Counted from the stretch's first letter, positions 1 to 11,354 are shown. The stretch is DNA of 64,000 nt from an uncultured archaeon (GCA_964486045.1 CAZALK010000015.1:77228-141227); one strand, 5' to 3'. Numbers and translations are program-made. Notes: a model not told the origin generated them from the sequence alone.

Positions 1-1215
1 GCAACCTGGCTCGATCAACTCTATTATATGGGAATATATCTCCAATATCACATTTTGGAGCAACCGATCGTCTTATCAGGGCAAAAAGGTTTAGAAGTAG
101 GAATTCCTAGCCCCTCATATATTTCTTTGGATGACTCCAAAAGTCTTTGGGACCCAGTAAACTTGTCTGGGTTTGCTAATGATGTTGGAATTCTAAAATG
201 GTATGATGCTGTAAATGGAAATTTAACTGCTCAAAGTGAAATTAATGCAACCCATAATTTAAGTGATGCTAAATTCGGGAAAATTTATAATTGGTTATTT
301 TCAACCATCAAAGATGTTGTTTTGCCAATAATTTTTATTCTCCAGGCTCCTACAGGAACAAGAATTACAACTACTCAATATGCCGAAATCCTCTTTTTGG
401 AACAATGGGCAAATGCCACTGTTGTACCAGAAGGTCTTGATCTTGGAGCTGGACTCAAGGGATTTGAGGTAGGCATTCCGGTAACATCTAACATTTCCCT
501 TTCAATAACTACTTCTTTCTTTGAAACAGGAAATTCTTCATCATTCATCAATAAGAATGGACTTTTAAAATGGATTGACGCTGAAAGTGGAGATATTGCC
601 TCTCGGACAGATTTAATCACCACATTTAATTTAGATCCAAATCAATTAGATTTAATCCTTAATTGGTTATTTACGACATTTAAAGTAAATGTTGTTCCTA
701 ATATTGTTCTTAATATAACAGGATACACTATGACAGAACTAGCAGGATTTGAATTCTTTCGCCAATGGGCTAATGGTTCACTCTTTACTAACGGAATTGA
801 CCCAGGGCCAGCCTTTGGCCTTGATTCTCTCAGTGGTTGGGAAATTGGTCTTCCAATTGCGAGTAAAATAGATTTAGACACCGCTATGCAATTATGGTCT
901 GAGGAAAATCCTGAGTCATTCGTAACACCAATTGGAAATACTAAATGGTTTATCGCAGTGGAAGCACCTAACACATATAATAATTTGAAATTGCTTTTTC
1001 AATTGAGCGATGATCAAATGCATACAATTTTCGGGTGGTTAGCAAAGATAAGAGATGAATTTGCATTATATTTTTCGCAAGTAGAAGGAGGTTTACTAAT
1101 TAACGCTTATGAGCTTGGAAATATACTACTGATGGGATGTGCAATTAGTGGGTTTGGTCTTGCTGCCATGGGTGTTCTTACTTTAGTAGTGACGAAATTG
1201 TCTAAACGTCGATAA
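1..1215 (+). CDS. 3' part of a membrane-anchored surface protein with ~120-aa internal repeats
   Basis: Frame is open from base 1, so the gene starts before the window. Repeated units (EQWAN...G[FW]E[VI]G[IL]P...LKW...NWL), then a C-terminal TM helix and a KLSKRR tail. Confidence 0.7.
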   Translation, partial: ATWLDQLYYMGIYLQYHILEQPIVLSGQKGLEVGIPSPSYISLDDSKSLWDPVNLSGFANDVGILKWYDAVNGNLTAQSEINATHNLSDAKFGKIYNWLFSTIKDVVLPIIFILQAPTGTRITTTQYAEILFLEQWANATVVPEGLDLGAGLKGFEVGIPVTSNISLSITTSFFETGNSSSFINKNGLLKWIDAESGDIASRTDLITTFNLDPNQLDLILNWLFTTFKVNVVPNIVLNITGYTMTELAGFEFFRQWANGSLFTNGIDPGPAFGLDSLSGWEIGLPIASKIDLDTAMQLWSEENPESFVTPIGNTKWFIAVEAPNTYNNLKLLFQLSDDQMHTIFGWLAKIRDEFALYFSQVEGGLLINAYELGNILLMGCAISGFGLAAMGVLTLVVTKLSKRR

Positions 1216-2045
1216 CTTTAAGTTATTAGATACTTCATTTTTTTTAAATTTTATTTCAAGAATTTATTTTCCCAAATAAATAAAATCTTACAAAAATTCC
1301 TCTTAAAAAATTTTAAAATTGCCATTGACACTGTTTTGGGCAATCTAATCTAAATTTTTTTAAAAATTTTCAATAGAATATTAGGTTAATTTACGTATAG
1401 TTGAATTCTTGTCAAATAAAGAATTACTAATTAAAAAAGAACATTAATAAATTCAAATTGATTAACGTGAGTGACTCATTAAGGCTACGATTCCATGAAT
1501 TGTATAATTTAAAACAAAAATTAAATATTAAATATCCCATTTAGATAAAGTAAGTGATTTATTAACTTTCTGTAAACCCTCAAGAGTTTAAAAATGTCTT
1601 TCTTCATTACTATGAATGAAGAATTTAAAAATCAAGAATTCTATATTCGGAAGCGCGCCTTGAGCAAGGAGTACAATCTTTCTGAGACACGGGAGCCGGA
1701 TGACCATTAATGTAAATAACTTGGATAAAAATTTCTATTGATTCGATCTGTTCCAGAAATTTCTCATTAGAGTATTACGAAGCTTATCTTTACCAAAAAG
1801 CATTTTTCTGGTTGAAAATGCACTTACTACTCAACGTATTAAGAAAATGACGTGCCTTTTGGAACCGCTTATATCTCCAAAAATAGTAATTAATACCCAC
1901 TTAAATCCCCCATTAAAAGATAGTTATTACTTTTCCTAATATTTTCAAATGTTATTTTTAAAAAGATAAAACTTATAAGCTTTTGAAACAAAAAAACTAT
2001 TTAACCACAAATCTAAAAAAAAACAATTAAACCTAAAAAAATAAA

Positions 2046-3767
2046 GTGATTAAATTTATGGAAAGAAAAACTTTAGCGATAGGAATCGTAGTTATCATAG
2101 CAATTGCAGCTGGTACCACTGGTGCCGTAATATTTTTTGTACAACCACCAGCAGGAGCAGGTGGAAAGACACTTGTTGCCGCAACAATGTATGGTCCTGT
2201 TGATCTTGATCCAATAGTAGCTTGGGATAGTGCATCAATTGATGTAATTGATCAAGTGGTTGAGGGTTTATATAGATATGATTTAGGTGACCCTTCCCTT
2301 GCTCAAATTCCGGCCCTCGCTACTGACGACGGCTCATGGAACGGCCCGGCTACCGAATTTACAGTTACCCTTAGACAAAATGTTAAATTCCATGATGGAG
2401 CTGATTTTAATGCGGATGCGGTAATAGCTCACTGGGATAGAATGGCTTGGGCTTTAAACACTACTGGTACTAACACAGTTATTATAACTCAAACAGCAGA
2501 ATTATATGAATTTCCAGATGGTACTCCCATTGTATCTAGTATTACAAAAAACAGTGATTACAGCGTAACCTTTGTTTTAAGTGGTCCATTTATTCCATTC
2601 AAAGCTCTTTTGTCATTCAGCGCTTCTTATATTCAATCACCATTACATTACGCCAGCCTTACGAATCAATACATTGATACGGCTACTGGAGATATAATCG
2701 GCACTGGCCCATTCACCTATGATGGATATGAAGTTGGTGTAGAAGTTATCTTTACTGCTTTTGATGGTTATTGGGACGGACGAGCTGCTCTTGATATAAT
2801 AGTTCTCTCAGAAATTGTCGATGCAAATGCCAGAAACTTAGCTCTATTATCCGGTGACATTGATCTTTTATTGGATCCTATGGATGAGTTACTCGATATG
2901 ATAAACAGTACAGCAGGTCTACATGTAGAACAAGGTCCACAAGGTACGGTTGTTCAATATCTAGGGATGAATAACAATTTGATAAACGTAACCTTTAGAG
3001 AAGCAATTTCTTATGCATTGGATTATGATTACATTCTTAACGAACTTCGACAAGGCAATGCTTTGAGAATGAAATCTCCTGTTCCAGAAGGTATTATGTA
3101 TGCTGACACCACATTTAATGCACCAATCTTAAACATTACTCATGCGAGAATGAAAATGCAAGACATGGGTTTTGGAACAGCTTTAGATGCAACCTCTCCA
3201 GGTCCAGATGACTGGCTATGGCGAAATTCTAATTTTGCTTCATTCAGCTATACTTACAACATCGGTAATAACTTCCGGGAGCAAATGTTAGTCTTATTAC
3301 AAGACAATCTCGGAGACATTGGTGTTACAGTAACAGATGATGGTATGACATGGGGAGATTTCATTTACAGGCTTTACGAAATAGGAAATCTTACTAGGAA
3401 TATGTTAGAACTGTACTTCATCGGATGGGGTCCAGATTATAACGATCCGAGCAACTTCATTAATCCCTTGTTTACCAATAGATCTGTTGCTTCTAATGGA
3501 GCACAATACAATGGATGGCTTTCCTCAGGTAATTCAAGCGTTCTAAATGATAATGTCCAACTCTTAATGGAAGCGGCTCTAGCAGAGACCAATCCTGTTA
3601 CAAGAGAAGCTCATTATAACAGGATTCAAGAACTACTGGTTGAAAGAGATTTTCCATGGGCTTGGTGCTATGTTGGTATGAGTTTCCGCGCGTATGTTGA
3701 CAACATGATTGGATACGATCTTAACCCAATGGGTAGAGAGTGGTGGTATCCTATCGACTTTACCTAA
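2046..3767 (+). CDS. dppA: Peptide/nickel ABC transporter substrate-binding protein (family 5)
   Basis: N-terminal TM anchor; LDP, EGLY, LRQNVKFHDG, GTGPF and WGPDYNDP motifs. True start probably ATG 2058. Confidence 0.93.
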   Translation: MIKFMERKTLAIGIVVIIAIAAGTTGAVIFFVQPPAGAGGKTLVAATMYGPVDLDPIVAWDSASIDVIDQVVEGLYRYDLGDPSLAQIPALATDDGSWNGPATEFTVTLRQNVKFHDGADFNADAVIAHWDRMAWALNTTGTNTVIITQTAELYEFPDGTPIVSSITKNSDYSVTFVLSGPFIPFKALLSFSASYIQSPLHYASLTNQYIDTATGDIIGTGPFTYDGYEVGVEVIFTAFDGYWDGRAALDIIVLSEIVDANARNLALLSGDIDLLLDPMDELLDMINSTAGLHVEQGPQGTVVQYLGMNNNLINVTFREAISYALDYDYILNELRQGNALRMKSPVPEGIMYADTTFNAPILNITHARMKMQDMGFGTALDATSPGPDDWLWRNSNFASFSYTYNIGNNFREQMLVLLQDNLGDIGVTVTDDGMTWGDFIYRLYEIGNLTRNMLELYFIGWGPDYNDPSNFINPLFTNRSVASNGAQYNGWLSSGNSSVLNDNVQLLMEAALAETNPVTREAHYNRIQELLVERDFPWAWCYVGMSFRAYVDNMIGYDLNPMGREWWYPIDFT

Positions 3768-3808
3768 ATGGATTCGTATATAATAAGATAACAAATTAAT
3801 CTACAAAA

Positions 3809-3820
3809 TTTTTTTTTTTT
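3809..3820 (+). terminator. Oligo-T archaeal terminator candidate after dppA
   Basis: T12 run about 40 nt after the stop codon. Confidence 0.45.
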
Positions 3821-3828
3821 AAATTTTT

Positions 3829-4701
3829 TTGGTATTTCAAATGAGCCCAAAATATTCTTTTTTTAATTCCCCCGTTAAATTAAAATCATTCAAAAGAGAC
3901 CTTGCGCCTATAGGTTTTTATTTTGATATATTTGCATCAGAAATATTTAAAATTCCCGTGATGCCAGTTCCAATGAGAATTGATAAATTAACAAACGGGG
4001 ATTTGACATTATTTATATTCCCTGATCTTGAAAATTTGAATAAACTGTTAAAAAAGCTTGATTTGACCGTTAATGTTAAAAAATTTTTCATACTTGGAAT
4101 CACTAATTTTATAAATTTCGCAAAAGGAAAATATAAGGAAATTATACACCGAAATTTAAAACATGAAATGATAATAAAATGGTTTGAAATTTCACGCCTA
4201 ATAAAAACAGAAATCCCTAGCATTATAGAAGCCTTTACTTACCTGCTTCTTGAATTTTTGAAAACTTTTTCTAACATTGAAGAAAAAAGATTAAAACCAC
4301 ACCTTGAGGGATATACTACAGAACTGTTAACATATTGTGATAAAATTATTACTTATATGAAAGAAAAAATAGAAAATAATTTAATCCTAATTAAAGAGGA
4401 AGGGTCAATAAAAACAGTACAGTTATATTTAGAAAAAAAAGAGAAATATTATCCACAAATAATTTCCATTAAAATCGATAAGAAAACAAAAATGAACTTT
4501 ATTCCCTATTTAATCTATGACGATATTCTTGATATTTTTTCTTATAATAAACAAATTTTACATGAGGGTAAACAAACCCCCGTTGATATGACGATTTGGA
4601 AATGCAAGGGAATAATTAATAAGAGATCGAATCTAAATTATAGTAACGATTTTATAAGAGATTTTGACTTGGAAAAGATTGATATAGAGAAAGTTTTATG
4701 A
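3829..4701 (+). CDS. Hypothetical protein
   Basis: 290-aa ORF coupled to the next gene by an ATGA overlap; likely start ATG 3841. Confidence 0.7.
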   Translation: MVFQMSPKYSFFNSPVKLKSFKRDLAPIGFYFDIFASEIFKIPVMPVPMRIDKLTNGDLTLFIFPDLENLNKLLKKLDLTVNVKKFFILGITNFINFAKGKYKEIIHRNLKHEMIIKWFEISRLIKTEIPSIIEAFTYLLLEFLKTFSNIEEKRLKPHLEGYTTELLTYCDKIITYMKEKIENNLILIKEEGSIKTVQLYLEKKEKYYPQIISIKIDKKTKMNFIPYLIYDDILDIFSYNKQILHEGKQTPVDMTIWKCKGIINKRSNLNYSNDFIRDFDLEKIDIEKVL

Positions 4702-5150
4702 AACTCAAAATCGAATTAAGTAGACAAGGAAATTTTATTCTGGCAATTTTATTGATTCATTTCGTGTTTTTCGGTTATATAAGCAATATTTTTCAAAAAA
4801 ATATTGGGGAAAAAATATTATTTTTATATCAAATTTTATTTAATCCAAGTTCTTTTATTTCATTAATAATTCTTTTTGTAATTGTGTTTATAATGGTATA
4901 TCGAGAAAAATTCTTTGAATATGGAATTAGAAATAGCATTTGGCTTACACCAATTACGATATTGCAATCTTGGATATGGAATTGGATCATATTTGGTTTT
5001 GATATCGCTCCTATTGGTGCATTTTTTATTCGTTATGAAGGATATCTTACAATTTTATCCATATTATGTATAAATTTGTTATCTGCTGTTTTAGCAACTG
5101 TAGCTAAAGAGCAATATGAAAAACGTATTAAGAGAATCAGAACCTTTTAA
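4698..5150 (+). CDS. Hypothetical 4-TM membrane protein
   Basis: Four hydrophobic segments; lies inside the ABC cluster. Confidence 0.75.
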   Translation: MKLKIELSRQGNFILAILLIHFVFFGYISNIFQKNIGEKILFLYQILFNPSSFISLIILFVIVFIMVYREKFFEYGIRNSIWLTPITILQSWIWNWIIFGFDIAPIGAFFIRYEGYLTILSILCINLLSAVLATVAKEQYEKRIKRIRTF

Positions 5151-5174
5151 AAAAGATCAGGAGATCAAATATCA

Positions 5175-6191
5175 ATGAGTATGATTAAATATATAATCCG
5201 AAGGCTTTTAGTACTATTACCGGTATTATTTGGAGTAATTACATTGACATTTATATTATCTAGATTAATGCCAGGAGATCCGGTTTTAGCACATCTTCCT
5301 AGAAATTTTTCGGCAGAGGATTATACTAACGCACTCCGTGCACTCGGACTTCATCTCCCCATACTTCAACAATACGTAATTTTCCTTGGAGATTTGTTTA
5401 CTGGTAATTGGGGTACTTCCGTTTCGGTTGCCCAAGGTGCTCCAATATGGGATCTCGTTTTAGAGCGATTTTTTAGAACTTTTGATATTGCGATATTCGC
5501 TATTGTTATTGCTGCATTTTTGGGAATTAAAACTGGAGTGATTTCAGCAACAAACAGAAATAAAGCTAAAGATACAGTATTAAGGGGATTTGCCCTTGTA
5601 GGAGTTGCCATTCCAGTATTCTGGATGGGAATGTTGCTCCAATACTTTTTAGCTTTTAGAATACCCATTTTTCCTGGGGTTGGATATAAAACAGCGGGTA
5701 TTGGTGATCCTCCGAAAATTACTTATTTTAGGATAATTGATAGTATCTTAGCTGGAGATATGCGTTTACTCGTAGATTATATACAGCATCTAATTTTACC
5801 TGTAGCATGTTTATCCTTTATAACTCTTGCATCAATTACTAGACAAACTCGTTCGAGTATGTTGGAAATTTTACAGCAGGATTATGTAAGAACTGCTAGA
5901 GCGAAAGGTTGTAAAGAAAAAGATGTGATAAAAACCCATGCCCGTAAAAATGCGTTAATTCCAACTATGACAATTATAGGATTAAACTTTGGAGGTTTGT
6001 TAACGGGAGCTATTCTTACTGAGACGACTTTTAATTTGCATGGATTAGGTGAATTATTAATTGTGGCGATACGGAATACGGATTATTGGGTACTTAACGG
6101 AGTTGTATTTGTTACTACAATTACCTTTATCACTGTGAATTTAGGTGTTGATATTCTTTATGGATTTGTAGATCCAAGAATAAGATTCTAA
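5175..6191 (+). CDS. dppB: Peptide ABC transporter permease
   Basis: YIIRRL, MPGDP, DYVRTARAKG (EAA loop) and DPRIR end. Confidence 0.95.
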   Translation: MSMIKYIIRRLLVLLPVLFGVITLTFILSRLMPGDPVLAHLPRNFSAEDYTNALRALGLHLPILQQYVIFLGDLFTGNWGTSVSVAQGAPIWDLVLERFFRTFDIAIFAIVIAAFLGIKTGVISATNRNKAKDTVLRGFALVGVAIPVFWMGMLLQYFLAFRIPIFPGVGYKTAGIGDPPKITYFRIIDSILAGDMRLLVDYIQHLILPVACLSFITLASITRQTRSSMLEILQQDYVRTARAKGCKEKDVIKTHARKNALIPTMTIIGLNFGGLLTGAILTETTFNLHGLGELLIVAIRNTDYWVLNGVVFVTTITFITVNLGVDILYGFVDPRIRF

Positions 6192-6223
6192 TTCAAACTT
6201 ACAAAATTATAGGTGAAAAATTT

Positions 6224-7237
6224 ATGGGACAAAGATATGAACAAGAACTTACAGAAGAAGAGGAATTGGGGGAGGAGAAGAAAGAGAGCGTACTAAAAAA
6301 TACAGTCTCTTGGATTTTCACCAATATTAAATTCCTCCTTATTCCAGGTTATCGATTAGAAGAATTATCAAATCGGGAAAAAGACTACGAAAAATCTATA
6401 AGTAAAAGAAAATTCATTCGAAGATTAAAATCAGTCTTAACTATCTTGGGTATTGTAATTATTTTTGTAATTATAACTTTTGCCGTTTTAGGACCCTGGC
6501 TTGCTCCATACACTTTTGAGGAAGCAAATGGAGTTTTCGATAATTGGTGGGCAGCTGCATCACCAGAACATGTATTAGGAACAACTATGTTTGGACGTGA
6601 TATTTTATCAAGATTAATTTATGGGGCCAGATCTTCATTAACCATTGCTTTACCGGCAATATCATTTAGTGTTATTCTTGGTGTTATACTTGGTGTTATT
6701 TCCGGATATTACGGCGGATGGATTGATTCATTAATAATGAGAATTGCGGATGTCTTTTTTGCTTTCCCTGGAATTATTCTGGCTCTAGTCTTTGTTGCAA
6801 TTTGGGGACAAAGGATGGAGTACATAATGCTGGCTTATGGAATACTTGGCGTACCTTATTATTCACGTATAATTCGAGGATCTGTCTTACAAGCTCGAGA
6901 ATTACCCTACATTGAAGCGGCAAAAGCATCGGGGGCAGGAAATTGGAGGATTATGTTTAAACATATACTTCCAAATACTATTCAACCCATTATAATTTCA
7001 TTTACATTCGATATCGGTGGCATCATTTTAAGCTTGGCAGGTCTTAGCTTTTTGGGGTATAGTGATTATAGGCTAATTGAATGGGGAAACGACATTAGTG
7101 CTGCTAGGCTTCATCTATATGATGCTCCATGGACAGCTCTTTGGCCCGGATTTATGATCTTAATAACTGTACTAGGTTTTATGTTAGTCGGTGATGGATT
7201 AAGAGATGCCCTAGATCCGAGATTAAGAAACTTGTAG
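6224..7237 (+). CDS. dppC: Peptide ABC transporter permease
   Basis: HVLGT..GRD, YIEAAKASGA, HILPN, GDGLRDALDPR. Confidence 0.95.
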   Translation: MGQRYEQELTEEEELGEEKKESVLKNTVSWIFTNIKFLLIPGYRLEELSNREKDYEKSISKRKFIRRLKSVLTILGIVIIFVIITFAVLGPWLAPYTFEEANGVFDNWWAAASPEHVLGTTMFGRDILSRLIYGARSSLTIALPAISFSVILGVILGVISGYYGGWIDSLIMRIADVFFAFPGIILALVFVAIWGQRMEYIMLAYGILGVPYYSRIIRGSVLQARELPYIEAAKASGAGNWRIMFKHILPNTIQPIIISFTFDIGGIILSLAGLSFLGYSDYRLIEWGNDISAARLHLYDAPWTALWPGFMILITVLGFMLVGDGLRDALDPRLRNL

Positions 7238-7336
7238 AACGTTATCAATATATTACCGAGTCAATAGTTATTACTGGTTGAAAAAGAAAATAGTGAATCT
7301 GGTTAAAAAAGAAATAGATTTATTGAAAATAAGAAA

Positions 7337-8572
7337 ATGAATCAAACGAAATTAGATGTAGAAAAAGAGTCAAGAGACCTGCTTGAAATTAAAGATCTTA
7401 AAACAAATTTCTATACAGAAGAAGGGATTGTTAAAGCAGTAGACGGTGTTTCATTTGATATATACCAAGATGAGATCCTTGGCCTTGTTGGTGAAACGGG
7501 GTGCGGAAAATCAGTCACAGCACTTTCTATTTTACGCCTTGTGAGAGCACCAGGAAAAATAATCAACGGGACCATAAAGTTTAATGGTGTCAATTTGCTG
7601 GAGTTATCTGAAGGACAAATGAGGGAATATCGTGGCAACAACATAACTATGATATTTCAGGATCCACTAAATTCACTTAATCCAGTAATGTCAGTTGGAA
7701 AACAAATATCGGAAGTATTTTTATTACATCAGGAAGAAGAACTTAAGAAAATCATTGATAAACGAAATTCAGAGCGAAAAATACAGAAACTAGAAATAAA
7801 AGAACTAAAAAGGGAATTTAAAATAAATAAAGACCGTTTAACAGAAGATGAAAGGAGCGATTTTAGAGTAAAAATAAAAGATCTAAAAGCCAAAATACCT
7901 AAAAAACCTTACCTGAAAAATATTGCATGGGAAAGATCGGAAGATATTATTAAAGAAGTAGGAATTGCAGATGCAGCAGGTATCCTAAAAAGATATCCGC
8001 ATGAGTTAAGTGGGGGTATGAGACAACGTGTAATGATTTCAATGGCACTATCTTGTAACCCCCAACTGCTAATCGCAGATGAACCTACTACTGCCTTGGA
8101 TGTAACTATCCAAGCTCAGATTCTTGATTTAATGAAAATTTTGAAAAAGAAATTTAAAACATCAATTCTAATGATAACTCATGATTTAGGTATAATTGCG
8201 GATTTGTGTGATCGGGTAGCTGTCATGTATAGTGGAAACATTGTTGAATATGCAACGGTAAAAGATTTATTTAAAAATCCTCGGCACCCCTACACGAAAG
8301 GACTTATTGGTGCAATTCCAAGCATAGAAAAGAAAGATCAAAAATTACTTACTATTCGAGGAATGGTACCAAACTTGATTTTTCCCCCGTCTGGCTGCAG
8401 ATTCCACCCAAGGTGTGATTATCGATTGGAAATCTGTAATAAAATAAGACCTAAATGGATTGAAATCGCAAAGAAATACTTAGTTGCTTGCCACCTTTTC
8501 GATCCTGATCATAAAAATTCCCCAAAACATGAGTGGGGTAAAGCGGAAGATAAAGAATCTTATAAAATATAA
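7337..8572 (+). CDS. dppD: Peptide ABC transporter ATP-binding protein with coiled-coil insert
   Basis: Walker A GETGCGKS, YPHELSGGMRQR, DEPT, HPY, GCRFHPRC. Confidence 0.95.
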   Translation: MNQTKLDVEKESRDLLEIKDLKTNFYTEEGIVKAVDGVSFDIYQDEILGLVGETGCGKSVTALSILRLVRAPGKIINGTIKFNGVNLLELSEGQMREYRGNNITMIFQDPLNSLNPVMSVGKQISEVFLLHQEEELKKIIDKRNSERKIQKLEIKELKREFKINKDRLTEDERSDFRVKIKDLKAKIPKKPYLKNIAWERSEDIIKEVGIADAAGILKRYPHELSGGMRQRVMISMALSCNPQLLIADEPTTALDVTIQAQILDLMKILKKKFKTSILMITHDLGIIADLCDRVAVMYSGNIVEYATVKDLFKNPRHPYTKGLIGAIPSIEKKDQKLLTIRGMVPNLIFPPSGCRFHPRCDYRLEICNKIRPKWIEIAKKYLVACHLFDPDHKNSPKHEWGKAEDKESYKI

Positions 8573-8613
8573 CAATTAAAATTGGTAGACTAGTTGAAAG
8601 GAAATAAAAAAAA

Positions 8614-9960
8614 ATGATTAACCATAACGACGAAATAAACAATTCAATGGCAGAAAATATAAAAACTTCGAGTAAAAAGAAAGAAGTTATTCTAGCCGTT
8701 AAAGATCTCAAGACATATTTCCCCATATATGGTGGAATTTTTAAGCGGACAATTGGATATGTCAAGGCAGTAAATGGGGTCACTTTTGACCTTTATAAAG
8801 GAGAAACACTTGGTTTAGTTGGAGAGAGTGGTTGCGGAAAAACTACTATCGGGAACAGTATATTAAATCTTGTACCAGCTACCTCAGGAAAAATTTTCTA
8901 TAAAGGACATAATATCGTATTAGGAAAGACTGAAAGAAAAGAAAAAACTCAAAAATTACGAGAAGAAAATGATTTAAAGAATATTATATTAATTCCAGTA
9001 ATTCGTTTTGCTCTAATATTTTTAGGTGCATTCCTCAGACGAACAAAAACAAACTTAAAGCAAATCTATCAAACCACAAAGAATTATTTAGCTAAATTAC
9101 ACCCATCTTTAAGGGATGCATTTACTGCTATGATATCTTTCTCAAAACGAAATTATCTTAATATAAGTAGAATAAAGCGCGGATATAATAAAGAATTACG
9201 AAGGAAAATTCAAATTGTGTTTCAAGATCCTGATTCTTCATTAAATCCACGTTGGAAAACAGTTAATATTATAGGAGAACCGCTTAGAATTCTCTTAGGA
9301 ATGAGAAAAAGGAGAAAAATTCGTAGACGTGTCCTTGAAATTCTAGAAACCGTTTCAATGAAGATGGAGCACTTGGATAGATATCCACATGAATTTTCTG
9401 GTGGTCAAAAACAAAGAATTGTAATAGGTAGAGCTCTAGCACCTAATCCTGAAATTGTGATTTTAGACGAACCAACTTCCGCTCTAGATGTGTCCGTTCA
9501 AGCCCAAATTTTAAATTTATTAAAAGACCTCCAAGAAAAATTTGATTTTTCCTATTTATTTATTACTCATGATTTAAGCGTAATACAACATATAGGAGAT
9601 AGAATTGTAGTAATGTACCTTGGTAAATTCGTAGAGACTGGAAACATTGATGATGTATTTTACGATCCTAAACATCCATATACCAGAGCACTATTGTCAG
9701 CTCGACCTACATTCGATCCTACAACAAGACAAACCAGAATTATATTAGAGGGTGATGTACCTAGCCCAATTAATCCACCTATTGGATGTGCTTTTCACCC
9801 TAGATGCCCAGAAAAAGATAAACATATTGGATGTGATGTAGACGAACCTAGGAAAATTCATATCGGGGGTGACCATTACATTTATTGCCTACCATACAAG
9901 CATGAACAAGGCTCCTATGAAGGAAAGACAGTTATCTCAGATACTTGGAGAAAATCTTAA
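8614..9960 (+). CDS. dppF: Peptide ABC transporter ATP-binding protein with ~90-aa insert
   Basis: GESGCGKT, YPHEFSGGQKQR, DEPTSALDVSVQAQ, GCAFHPRC. Confidence 0.95.
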   Translation: MINHNDEINNSMAENIKTSSKKKEVILAVKDLKTYFPIYGGIFKRTIGYVKAVNGVTFDLYKGETLGLVGESGCGKTTIGNSILNLVPATSGKIFYKGHNIVLGKTERKEKTQKLREENDLKNIILIPVIRFALIFLGAFLRRTKTNLKQIYQTTKNYLAKLHPSLRDAFTAMISFSKRNYLNISRIKRGYNKELRRKIQIVFQDPDSSLNPRWKTVNIIGEPLRILLGMRKRRKIRRRVLEILETVSMKMEHLDRYPHEFSGGQKQRIVIGRALAPNPEIVILDEPTSALDVSVQAQILNLLKDLQEKFDFSYLFITHDLSVIQHIGDRIVVMYLGKFVETGNIDDVFYDPKHPYTRALLSARPTFDPTTRQTRIILEGDVPSPINPPIGCAFHPRCPEKDKHIGCDVDEPRKIHIGGDHYIYCLPYKHEQGSYEGKTVISDTWRKS

Positions 9961-10181
9961 TTCTATCCTAAATGGCATAAATTTTAATGTCTTGTACTAA
10001 ATTTGTATAAAAATTATTTTAAACAACTTGGATTTATTTTGATCCCTCCTCAAATATTGAAGATATCTTTTTATTTCACTCTATTTTTATTTTTTACCTA
10101 AGATTTACGGAACATTTATTGAAATTTATCGATTAATTAATGAAAATAAAAAAGTTAAAGGATTATGATTTTAAATAGATA

Positions 10182-11354
10182 ATGACTTCAAAAAATTCCC
10201 AAATATTTGTATTAAAAACTTCACCTGAAACAATCTTAGAAGATTATAAAGATTTAATGCATTTAGCAAATTATGAACGATTTTATAATAAGGATAGTAA
10301 GACTATTATCAAACTCAATTTAAGCTGGTCAAAATTCTTCCCTGCTTGCTCAAGCCCTCCTTGGCAGGTAGAGGGTATCTTAAAAACGATGACGGATGAT
10401 GGGTACGATCCACAAAGACTTTTCCCCTCAGAAAACCGTACGGTTGTCACTAATATCGAGCGAGGCTTAAAAGGTAATAAGTGGGGTCCAATTATTAAAA
10501 AATATAATACCAGGTTTATCCCCTTAACACGAATACCCTTTGTTCCATATGAGTCTTTAAGACGTAAATTTCTTAGCTTAAAAAATCAAAAATTGCATGT
10601 TTTAGATTCTGAAATATTTCCAGAGGGTTTTAAAATTCCAAAATTTTATGTTGGTAAACAGATTATTCATGCACCCACCATCAAAACACATGGTCATACT
10701 GGAGCTATAGGGGGTAGTTTAAATCACACTAAAGGAGAATTAAAGCATGGTGGTATCACATGCGCTATGAAAAATGCATTTGGTGGACTTTTGACCAAAA
10801 GAAGGCATTTTTCACATCAATTTATGTCAGAAGTACTCGTTGATCTCTTAATTATTCAAAAACAAATTCATCCGAGCGTAATGGCAATCGTAGACGGAAC
10901 AGTTTGCGGAGATGGTGCTGGTCCAAGAACCATGATACCTCGAATAAAAAATTATTTAATAGCAGGTTATGATCAAGTTGCGATTGATACCGTTATCGCT
11001 AAAATGCTAGGTTTTCAGCCATTAAAATTACCTGCAATAAAATTAGCAAACGATGAAGGATTAGGTTGCGGTGATTTTGATCAAATTGAAATAATAGGAA
11101 AAGATATCTCAAGTATCAATTGGAATTTTAAAGTTAAACGTAGTTTAGTTATATGGGGTGATCAAATGGTAAGAAAAGGCTCGCTAAAATTTATTAATCC
11201 ACTTCTTAAGAATAAGATCTTTTTTATGGGACCGATTTTAGGTTCTTTAATTTATCATGATTTGTTTTGGTATCCAATAATAGGAAAGCGTAGAATAAAG
11301 AATTTTATGAAAACTAAATGGGGGGATGTATTTAAAAATTATCCAGAGAGTTAA
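10182..11354 (+). CDS. DUF362 domain (Fe-S binding) protein
   Basis: KLNLSW, PTIKTH, AMKNAFG, DG...GAGP and DQVAID motifs. Confidence 0.85.
   Translation: MTSKNSQIFVLKTSPETILEDYKDLMHLANYERFYNKDSKTIIKLNLSWSKFFPACSSPPWQVEGILKTMTDDGYDPQRLFPSENRTVVTNIERGLKGNKWGPIIKKYNTRFIPLTRIPFVPYESLRRKFLSLKNQKLHVLDSEIFPEGFKIPKFYVGKQIIHAPTIKTHGHTGAIGGSLNHTKGELKHGGITCAMKNAFGGLLTKRRHFSHQFMSEVLVDLLIIQKQIHPSVMAIVDGTVCGDGAGPRTMIPRIKNYLIAGYDQVAIDTVIAKMLGFQPLKLPAIKLANDEGLGCGDFDQIEIIGKDISSINWNFKVKRSLVIWGDQMVRKGSLKFINPLLKNKIFFMGPILGSLIYHDLFWYPIIGKRRIKNFMKTKWGDVFKNYPES

Noticed and set aside
1700-1939. Possible selenoprotein (ORF with in-frame TGA)
   Set aside because: No Cys/Sec motif context, no recognisable family and no SECIS-like hairpin seen.
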